Shown here: piece by piece, positions 57,840-64,000 of the stretch
How the letters are laid out: every line of letters starts with the position of its first letter
How positions within the stretch are numbered: position 1 is the stretch's first letter
IMG/VR virus record: IMGVR_UViG_3300024259_001623
From: a virus
Taxonomy: Duplodnaviria > Caudoviricetes
DNA length: 64,000 nucleotides
Strand: one strand, 5' to 3'
Program-made: the position numbers and the translations under genes
Notes under the pieces: model-generated
Seen by the model: the letters and a program-made list of their open reading frames with translations, nothing else
Database searches by the model: none
Told to the model about the DNA's origin: nothing

Positions 57840-58007
57840 TTACCAGTTATTTACTTGATCGTCCGTTATACGATCATTTCTGTGAAGATCGTCAAGAAAA
57901 ATGACCCATGCTTGCCTCATTGCTGGTCTGTCATTTCTGCCATGTTGTTTCAGGATTGAAGGTCTGATTGTTTGGCAGAACTCTGCTTGGGCTTCTTGTC
58001 TTGTCAT
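57840..58007 (-). CDS. Small hypothetical protein
   Basis: MTRQEAQAEF...AMRQAWVIFLDDLHRNDRIT after AAAGGA. Confidence 0.65.
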   Translation of the reverse strand: MTRQEAQAEFCQTIRPSILKQHGRNDRPAMRQAWVIFLDDLHRNDRITDDQVNNW

Positions 58008-58035
58008 GGTTATTTCCTTTTTCGGGCAAAAAACA

Positions 58036-58067
58036 GGGGAAGGCTCAGGTGTTCCCAAGCCTTCCCC
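58036..58067 (-). terminator. Intrinsic terminator
   Basis: GGGGAAGGCT/AGCCTTCCCC stem followed by TGTTTTTT on the minus strand. Confidence 0.7.
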
Positions 58068-58077
58068 TTTGACGTTT

Positions 58078-58254
58078 TTACATAATGCCTTCATGGATAA
58101 GCCAGGAAACGTGGCCGTGTTCGCACCAGCCGTCCGGCTCGACCATGCAACCGTCTGTGGCTTCACAAACGCCGTCAAACATCCATTCTTCCAGTTGGTC
58201 CATACTCGGTTGCTGATCGGTCGGCGTCTTGTAGGGATACTTGGGACGGTCCAT
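58078..58254 (-). CDS. 58-aa putative metal-binding protein
   Basis: MDRPKYPY...GVCEATDGCMVEPDGWCEHGHVSWL; more plausible than the track's alternative frame. Confidence 0.65.
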   Translation of the reverse strand: MDRPKYPYKTPTDQQPSMDQLEEWMFDGVCEATDGCMVEPDGWCEHGHVSWLIHEGIM

Positions 58255-58314
58255 TTTTCGACTCCTGAAAAGGGGTTTCGTTCTCGACTACCTTTTATCA
58301 TTTTGATTGTTGTA

Positions 58315-58620
58315 TCAGGGAGTAATAATCAACTTGGCTTCTTTGACCCAATAGCAGTGGTCTTCTTCATCCCACTTAGACGCCAGGCCAAAAAAGAAAT
58401 GATCAAAACCATGTTTGACTGGTTTGTGCCATCCTTGTTTTCTGGCTTGACTTTTCGACGGGTAAAGTCCAGCAGCCACAAGCAAGTCAGACCAAAAAGC
58501 ATCGCCGACGACAACGAATGTAAACCATTCATCTGTATCAGGGATCGGGCCGAAAAACGCATCTCGGTCTGATTGGTTTACTCCATTGCCGACTAGAAAG
58601 TTTATTGATCTTCTTGGCAT
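58315..58620 (-). CDS. Small protein with S4-like RNA-binding motif
   Basis: DLLVAAGLYPSKSQARKQG resembles the S4 domain of TyrRS (AGLxxSxSEARRLIxQG). Confidence 0.55.
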   Translation of the reverse strand: MPRRSINFLVGNGVNQSDRDAFFGPIPDTDEWFTFVVVGDAFWSDLLVAAGLYPSKSQARKQGWHKPVKHGFDHFFFGLASKWDEEDHCYWVKEAKLIITP

Positions 58621-58676
58621 AACGTTATTTACTATTTTGTTTGATTTGTCAGGGAGATTATTTTAGGCGAAAAAAT

Positions 58677-58704
58677 AAGGGAAGCCAATTTCTCAGCTTC
58701 CCTT
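58677..58704 (-). terminator. Intrinsic terminator
   Basis: AAGGGAAGC/GCTTCCCTT stem followed by ATTTTTT on the minus strand. Confidence 0.7.
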
Positions 58705-58735
58705 ACCCTCCTCCAGCTTGTTTTAAGCCCCCTTG

Positions 58736-59047
58736 TTACAGAACAAGGCGGGTCGCCGCCTCATCAATCATACTGCCCTTAGTCCCTACCAACCGCCGCC
58801 CAAGGCCCTCTACGGCGTATCGGCGTGACGTTGGCGTATCCTCATCCGTTCGGGCGAGCTTGAGGATGGAAAGCCGAGCATTGCCGTCAACAAGAATATT
58901 GATAACGTCAAACGTCTTGCCCTTGGCTTTCGGGCCGTTGAGCTTATGCTTGATAACTCTCAGAGCGGAACGGGGGCAAAAAACTTCCGATATGCCCAAC
59001 TTGATATTGGCGACCTTACGCTTCTTTGCCTTCTTTTGCTTTGCCAT
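58736..59047 (-). CDS. Basic hypothetical protein
   Basis: 103 aa; GGAG RBS. Confidence 0.7.
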   Translation of the reverse strand: MAKQKKAKKRKVANIKLGISEVFCPRSALRVIKHKLNGPKAKGKTFDVINILVDGNARLSILKLARTDEDTPTSRRYAVEGLGRRLVGTKGSMIDEAATRLVL

Positions 59048-59118
59048 TGTCTTTTCTCCCAGAAAAAGGTTTTTGTTGTTGTCCTTTGCGACTACCTTTT
59101 ATGATTTCAATTGTTTTA

Positions 59119-59334
59119 TCAGGGAGATGGAACATCAGCATACGGAGCAAAATCTATCCGTATCGTTCCATTAGTTGCCACAACATGTTGATACACTTCC
59201 CCATCTTTTGTGTACCTATCCAAACGTTCAGGATGAAAACCTTTAACCCTAGTACAGAACCAATTAGCAGCCGAAACGCAGCCCATACGTCTTTTTTTCT
59301 TTTTCCACTCTTTAATCGCTTCTTCTATTCTCAT
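59119..59334 (-). CDS. Small hypothetical protein
   Basis: 71 aa; the stop is the TGA of a motif. Confidence 0.65.
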   Translation of the reverse strand: MRIEEAIKEWKKKKRRMGCVSAANWFCTRVKGFHPERLDRYTKDGEVYQHVVATNGTIRIDFAPYADVPSP

Positions 59335-59516
59335 ACCCTAACCATTTTTGTTTTTCTAATCAGGGAGAATATATAAGATAAGAGAGAACGTTCAGCCCCC
59401 TATCGCAAAAGAGAGGGCCGAACGTTTTTGCAATCAATCGCCCCTAACCTCTATGGTTAGGTAACTCTGCCGACGCTCATAATTGGCCGACAGAGCAACG
59501 ATTGCTCTCCCTTTTA

Positions 59517-59625
59517 GGCTCAAGTATTGGACTTGTCAGCGCTCTGCCAACTGAGCTATATCCCGGCTTTGCCGAGATAGCTGGACTCGAACCAGCGACC
59601 TTTGCATATCCAATAACGACTTGCC
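59517..59625 (-). ncRNA. Circularly permuted tRNA mimic, YrlA-type Y RNA candidate
   Basis: 5' to 3': closing stem, T-arm (GCTGG-TTCGAGT-CCAGC), acceptor stem capped by an AAA loop (TATCTCGGC/GCCGGGATA), D-arm (GCTC-AGTTGGCA-GAGC), closing stem (TATTGGA/TCCAATA; terminal GGC/GCC). Confidence 0.75.
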
Positions 59626-60027
59626 GCAACAGGACTATGCCTGCCCTTGGCCTAAATTCATTTTTAAGAAAAATGCAAGGGCGAGGCTTACTCCGCTGTA
59701 AGCCCCATCAGGAATTTTCCTTAGCCCTTGCTGACATCTTATTACGATTTCTGACTTGTTTTCAGGGAGACAAGGACAAAAATTATTTATCAATTTTCGT
59801 AGAAGATTTTCTCTTGTTTGTTTAGTATTTTAACTTTTTGTTAAAAGTACCAAGATACTTGTCTTTTTAGTCCTTGCTATGTCGGGGAGAGGAAGCTCTA
59901 TGCCGAGGTGTCTAGCTTAACAGGCATCGCTTCCTCTCCCCTAAACTGTACGTCCTTTGCGTCCTCTGCTCTCTTTTAGCATTACCCTTTTCAATTTTCG
60001 CTTGCTGGTCAGGGGAAACGGCTCCCC

Positions 60028-60606
60028 TTACCGCCGAACGATATACGCTTGCTTGTTCATGGTAATCGCTACGATGCTGGCGACCTTATAGTCGCGGAGA
60101 ATGATTTCCTTGTCGGTCTGTTGCGTTGCCGCCCGTCGCGGCTTGCTGAAGAATTCCCTTGCATCGGCCAACGTCGCAGCGTCCAATTCCTTGCCGTCGA
60201 GGCCGATATACTTGGCGTCAAGGGACTTTTCGACCTTCAATTCGACGTAGAATTGTCCCTTATGCTCGATCAGCGGCGTACCGTCGATCCGAGTTCCCCA
60301 TTTTCGAGGCTCGGCGACGAAAACGTCGGTATTGCCTTCTCGCTGGCGTTGGTTGTTGACCGAGTTGGCGTAACTCCAGCCGATCATGCAATTAACGCGA
60401 GAAACCTTAAACATCTTGCCGACAAACGGATTGCCAGTTTTCCGCATTTTCGGATCGGTTTTGGTTACGACCGTTACGAAATTGGCGCCCTTGTTGGCCC
60501 GCAGCATCGCAACCAATTGAGACTCATCAATGGCGATAACCGTCTGCTGGCCAGAAGTGTCGATAAAGAGTTGTTCGCTCGCAGTAATAGTCGCTGTCTT
60601 GCTCAT
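60028..60606 (-). CDS. Hypothetical protein
   Basis: ATG 60606 (MSKTAT) after AAAGG; WSYANSVNNQRQREG...RKWG...LIEHKG. Confidence 0.8.
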   Translation of the reverse strand: MSKTATITASEQLFIDTSGQQTVIAIDESQLVAMLRANKGANFVTVVTKTDPKMRKTGNPFVGKMFKVSRVNCMIGWSYANSVNNQRQREGNTDVFVAEPRKWGTRIDGTPLIEHKGQFYVELKVEKSLDAKYIGLDGKELDAATLADAREFFSKPRRAATQQTDKEIILRDYKVASIVAITMNKQAYIVRR

Positions 60607-60666
60607 TTTGTAACCTTTCTTTGTTAGGACTACCCTATACAATACCAGATTCTTTTTCAGGGAGAA

Positions 60667-60864
60667 TTAGATATTGATAAGTTTCACGCCCCATTGACAG
60701 CCGTAAGTTTTGAGAATTCTATCGTGTTCGTCCACTTCTGCGACATTATCGACAGAGATAGCAAAATCGCAACCTGTCAAATTTTCGAGAATATCGGCTT
60801 GGGCTTCTTCGATAGAATGATATTCTCCCACGCTTTCGTCGCTGTACCAAACCTTAATAATCAC
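60667..60864 (-). CDS. Small acidic hypothetical protein
   Basis: 65 aa; AGGAG RBS. Confidence 0.65.
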   Translation of the reverse strand: MIIKVWYSDESVGEYHSIEEAQADILENLTGCDFAISVDNVAEVDEHDRILKTYGCQWGVKLINI

Positions 60865-61183
60865 AATTCATCTCCTGTTCTTATATCTGACCATTCTGTA
60901 TCTACAATTTTTGTTTTGCCATTGTCAAAGCTGAAATGATAATCAGCATCAGAACCAACATCTCGCCGGGCATCTTCCATATCGCCTTCATGCTCAACAG
61001 TCAATTTGATAATGGCGTAAAAAGTTGATCGCATTGTTATATCCTTTCAAGGATAGGGATTTGTAAAAAATGAGTCAGGGAGATAGAAGTTGGTACTATC
61101 TCCCTCTGCATAATTTTTCGTTGTATCATAGGGTAGGAACGAAAAATTCAATGCAGGAGCTTTATTAAGCTCAACTCGTTATA

Positions 61184-61510
61184 CTACTCTTTATTTTTGT
61201 CGTTTTCTTCAGGGAGTTTCTCGCTTTTTGTCGCGCGATATTTATTTGGCTTACCGTTTGTAGCGTCAGTATGCCCTTCCTCGTAAAAATGTTGTGCAAC
61301 AGGGACCATAGATTTAACTGCATCTGCCTTGCCCGATAAATAAGCCGCCGGCAATACAGAAATCATCAAAACGCTCAAAGCAAGCAACGCCCCAGCGACG
61401 ACGTTTATTCTGAGTTCTTTATTATCAATCATAACCAGACTGCTTACGCATCCAGCCAAGGCTCCCATCGAAATAACCGTACAAGCTGTTAAGAAAAATA
61501 TCAGTCCCAT
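61184..61510 (-). CDS. Two-TM membrane protein (GxxDA family)
   Basis: Two hydrophobic helices, then EEGHTDATNG. Confidence 0.7.
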   Translation of the reverse strand: MGLIFFLTACTVISMGALAGCVSSLVMIDNKELRINVVAGALLALSVLMISVLPAAYLSGKADAVKSMVPVAQHFYEEGHTDATNGKPNKYRATKSEKLPEENDKNKE

Positions 61511-61544
61511 TTTGTTGTCCTTTCGTGTTACCTATCTGTATTTT

Positions 61545-61826
61545 CTACTCTTTTTCAGGGATCAATTCCCACTTCTCTTCGTGGACCTTTTGGTACTTAA
61601 TATCACCTTTGATTGCGTCAATTTGCCCTTGCTTGTAACCTTGTTTGTGGCCGTATTCTTCTCTGGCATTCCCTATGTCATGGCACAACAGAGGGACAAG
61701 TATTAGAAGGGAAAAAATCAAACATCCTCTAATGCTTGTAGAGATAAAGTTGTTATCTAATGACGCCAACAAGCAAAGAATAATTATGAATATCGCAGCC
61801 CAAGCGAATAATGCAATTGATAACAT
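61545..61826 (-). CDS. Two-TM membrane protein (GQIDA family)
   Basis: GYKQGQIDAIKGDIKY. Confidence 0.7.
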   Translation of the reverse strand: MLSIALFAWAAIFIIILCLLASLDNNFISTSIRGCLIFSLLILVPLLCHDIGNAREEYGHKQGYKQGQIDAIKGDIKYQKVHEEKWELIPEKE

Positions 61827-61838
61827 GATAAAACCTTT

Positions 61839-62135
61839 CTAGCCCATTAGTTCCTTTAGGCTCTTCGGTGTCCAATACATATCCCTTTCGACAGGGAGGC
61901 CCATCGGGCCGCGTAACTTCAACAGTTCCGACAACGAGAAATACCCCAATTCTTTCTCGAAACCATCGACCAAGCCGAAAAACCTATCAACTCCGTCGAA
62001 TTCGGTGATATACCAAGTCCAATTCCCATCAGGGGTGAAGAGTTTGACAACTGCCATAGTCTCTTCAAGAGACTTTTTCTCATTGGCATACAGCGGAGGA
62101 ATCTTAACTTTGAGTGCTTTGGTCAAAAGTTTCAT
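61839..62135 (-). CDS. DUF2958 family protein
   Basis: KLFTPDGNWTWYITE...FFGLVDGFEKELGYFSLSEL...ERDMYWTPK. Confidence 0.85.
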   Translation of the reverse strand: MKLLTKALKVKIPPLYANEKKSLEETMAVVKLFTPDGNWTWYITEFDGVDRFFGLVDGFEKELGYFSLSELLKLRGPMGLPVERDMYWTPKSLKELMG

Positions 62136-62162
62136 TGTTGTTCCCTTTCTACTCGTAATGAT

Positions 62163-62315
62163 TTAATCTTCAATATCAGGGAGATCGTGCTGGAACTCCT
62201 GATCCAAGAAAAGGTCAAAAGAATCATAAGAATCTGGCTCCTCCCAAAAGTAGGGGCATCCATCGCAAGTCGGACGGTCACAAGTCATACAAGCATCGTT
62301 TTCGCCATGAGCCAT
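62163..62315 (-). CDS. 50-aa Cys/acidic peptide
   Basis: MAHGENDACMTCDRPTCDGCPYFWEEPDSYDSFDLFLDQEFQHDLPDIED; AAAGGG RBS. Confidence 0.55.
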   Translation of the reverse strand: MAHGENDACMTCDRPTCDGCPYFWEEPDSYDSFDLFLDQEFQHDLPDIED

Positions 62316-62346
62316 TTTCTTACCCTTTATGTTGGTTGTTGATTGC

Positions 62347-62544
62347 CTACAGAAGAGGGTTTATTCCCGCTTTAATCAGGGAAAGATCAGTGATAGCATC
62401 GTTAAGATACTCATATTCGATATAGTCGCCGTCTGGAGCGTGTCGTTTGCTGCTCAGACGGAACATCTTACCGCAACGCTCGAAAGTATAGCCTTGCTTC
62501 CTGGCTCGCTTAGAGAGCCTCTTAAAATCATTGTCCACTTTCAT
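62347..62544 (-). CDS. Small hypothetical protein
   Basis: 65-aa ORF. Confidence 0.6.
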   Translation of the reverse strand: MKVDNDFKRLSKRARKQGYTFERCGKMFRLSSKRHAPDGDYIEYEYLNDAITDLSLIKAGINPLL

Positions 62545-62833
62545 CTTCCTTAGTTGTTTCCGATTTGACTATGCTTCTATAGGCATCTATTTGCCCTTTA
62601 ACGTATCCCTTTTGTTCTGCTAAAATCAGGGAACCATTCTCTTTTTCGCATTTATCATATCCTTCATGCCAGGCGATATTTGTAAAGCATCCAAACGCTC
62701 CAGCAGTAACCATAAGAAAAATAACGAAAAACACAAGTCCCCAACCGTCATCAGACGGAGCAGATACGCATGTCATGGATAACAATACCAGAAGCAACGC
62801 CAAAATGATGAAGAAAATTCCTAGCCCTAACAT
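62528..62833 (-). CDS. Two-TM membrane protein (GQIDA family)
   Basis: GYVKGQIDAYRS. Confidence 0.7.
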   Translation of the reverse strand: MLGLGIFFIILALLLVLLSMTCVSAPSDDGWGLVFFVIFLMVTAGAFGCFTNIAWHEGYDKCEKENGSLILAEQKGYVKGQIDAYRSIVKSETTKEDESGQ

Positions 62834-62862
62834 GGTAAATCCTTTCTATTTTCAGGGAGTTT

Positions 62863-63120
62863 TTAATCCGTCAGTATCTCTTTCTTTTTTTCGATACCTT
62901 CTCTATATCGTTCAATACGCCTAAACTCTATTTTCGAAACTTCTCCATCGTTCAAAGCATCTTCGATTTTTTCTTTGAGTTCAGGGAATTCTGCTTGCCA
63001 TTCTTTCAGAGAATCGTATTGAGACTCGGAAATTTCTTGACCATCCAAAACTGCGCCAACAAGAAGCAACGTGACCAAAGTTACGACAACAAGTGCGCAA
63101 CTCATTGCAAATTCTTCCAT
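62863..63120 (-). CDS. Single-TM membrane protein
   Basis: ATG 63120 (MEEFAM) after AGGAA. Confidence 0.65.
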   Translation of the reverse strand: MEEFAMSCALVVVTLVTLLLVGAVLDGQEISESQYDSLKEWQAEFPELKEKIEDALNDGEVSKIEFRRIERYREGIEKKKEILTD

Positions 63121-63124
63121 TTTA

Positions 63125-63406
63125 TTATTCCTTCTTTTCCCAAGCATCATTGTTAGAGGATTCTTTTTGTTCGTAATAAATCTCGCCATTGAGTGCATCA
63201 ACTTGGCCAGACTTATAACCATTTTCCCATACATGAGTTGTGAGCATTAAGATGGGGGTCACAAAGCACAATACTGCAAACAGGAATGGGACTAATGCCA
63301 GTCCATTCGGCTCTTTTTCATCAAAGAGAATGCAACTCCCGACTGCAAACAGCATACAGCCAAAAAGAAACATGATTGAGTAAACAACAACTGCTATCGT
63401 GAACAT
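63125..63406 (-). CDS. Two-TM membrane protein (GQIDA family)
   Basis: GYKSGQVDALNGEIYY. Confidence 0.7.
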   Translation of the reverse strand: MFTIAVVVYSIMFLFGCMLFAVGSCILFDEKEPNGLALVPFLFAVLCFVTPILMLTTHVWENGYKSGQVDALNGEIYYEQKESSNNDAWEKKE

Positions 63407-63431
63407 TATTTTTCCTTTCAATGTTACGTAA

Positions 63432-63573
63432 TACCCCTGGCAGGACTCGAACCCGAAACTCCACCATCATACATTTTCTTTATTGGAAGGCAGGGAGGTC
63501 CAGTCTCTAGCTTCCCATAATCATTATGTATTCTGGACATACGGTGTTGTTTTGCCAATTAAACTACAGGGGC
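63432..63573 (-). tRNA. tRNA body with 77 nt in place of the 7-nt anticodon loop
   Basis: GCCCCTG/CAGGGGT acceptor, GTTT-AATTGGCA-AAAC D arm, ACACC/GGTGG stem, CGGG-TTCGAGT-CCTG T arm. Confidence 0.7.
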
Positions 63574-63826
63574 GTGTGCTGTCCCATATACCGGCCCTAT
63601 CTCAATCTATTTTCTTTTACTCAGGGACAGCTATGAATAAAAGATCTTACTGAGACAGGGGAGAGTTTCCATTTTGGCCCAGGATTTTCAAACGATACTC
63701 TCCAAACGTATCCTTATCGGGCTGTCCTTAACGCATTATACTAGCTCCTTTCATTATTAGTAGCTTATATTATTGCTCTTACGTTAAGTATTAATTTCGT
63801 GTGTTGTTTCAGGGAGAACTACTTAA

Positions 63827-64000
63827 TCAGGTATAGATTTTCTCACCTTTATCCCAAAGATTCCCCTTGGCTTCTGATTTAATTGCAATAGCTTTAATCC
63901 ATTGTTGACGATGCTCTTCGCCGGAGAAAATCGATGGCATAGATTGTTTATCGCTAATCCGGATTATAGTAGCATGACGACCAATAGACAATGACTCAGT
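63827..64000 (-). CDS. Partial hypothetical protein (3' end)
   Basis: Open frame from the window end to TGA at 63827, followed by a motif at 63809. Confidence 0.5.
   Translation of the reverse strand, partial: TESLSIGRHATIIRISDKQSMPSIFSGEEHRQQWIKAIAIKSEAKGNLWDKGEKIYT

Larger units (their letters stand above)
50370..63815 (-). promoter_or_regulatory. Dispersed co-oriented bipartite motif TCCCTGA-N11-(A/C)AAT, about 48 core copies
   Basis: Plus-strand TCAGGG counted manually about 48 times, e.g. 50827, 50985, 51509, 51897, 52050, 52199, 53242, 53457, 53755, 54692, 55464, 55794, 56124, 59762, 62176, 63809. Most lie between a stop codon and the next RBS. Confidence 0.85.

Noticed and set aside
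59517-59625. Two-piece (permuted) tmRNA
   Set aside because: A G-U pair lies at the 3:70 position, but the RNA has a full D stem, only a 3-nt acceptor loop, no CCA and no tag-peptide or pseudoknot region.
54520-59740. Hammerhead ribozymes at 54520-54600 and 59660-59735
   Set aside because: CTGAAGG and CTGATGG resemble CUGANGA but lack A9, and the GAAA/NUH geometry does not fit.
54769-60627. Long plus-strand ORFs such as 54769..55446, 57901..58572, 58641..59174 and 60049..60627
   Set aside because: They are antisense shadows of minus-strand genes that have RBS and motif support; stops are rarer at higher GC.
63466-63542. Group I intron in the tRNA
   Set aside because: The insert is 77 nt, far below group I size, with no recognisable P7 core.
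50370-63815. Integron attC sites or a CRISPR array as the explanation for the TCCCTGA repeats
   Set aside because: There are no RYYYAAC/GTTRRRY cores, no imperfect palindrome and no integrase; the core is only 7 nt and the spacing follows gene length.
1-64000. Stop-codon recoding (code 15 or code 4)
   Set aside because: Long genes are intact in code 11, and TAG and TGA end genes at tight junctions; the two broken genes are explained by indels rather than in-frame stops.

Overview
This is a gene-dense segment that most likely comes from a large (jumbo) dsDNA bacteriophage. It has no host housekeeping operons, but carries CCA-less tRNAs, a ThyA, an RNA ligase and mostly hypothetical genes. No capsid or terminase gene is recognisable in the window, so phage identity is an inference. 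It has two compositionally distinct parts. (1) 1-50.0 kb is AT-rich. It contains a glycan-modification cluster (3 sulfotransferase-like genes, GT2, GT77+GT47, GT11, GT9+MTase, GT90-like, Maf/DUF115-like, and a GHMP sugar kinase nearby), two proteins with very long poly-Ser tracts, beta-helix virion-like proteins, a tRNA/ThyA/RNA-ligase block, a subtilase and a DNA methyltransferase. It also contains an array of 16 consecutive genes that all start with an M-N-W-Y-K-x-(I-K-x)-A type leader. That leader is fused to 12 copies of an unknown ~120-aa domain and to unrelated enzymes (methyltransferase, ADP-ribosyltransferase-like, 2H phosphoesterase). (2) 50.2-64 kb is GC-richer and holds very short minus-strand genes and ncRNAs. 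It is punctuated by about 48 strictly co-oriented TCCCTGA-type motifs, many followed by a second box exactly 11 nt downstream. This part includes a 36-aa prepilin mimic, a bL12-CTD protein, a circularly permuted tRNA mimic (YrlA-type Y RNA candidate), a tRNA with a 70-nt anticodon-loop insertion and a tRNA with a collapsed anticodon loop. All assignments come from manual motif reading; no database searches were run.
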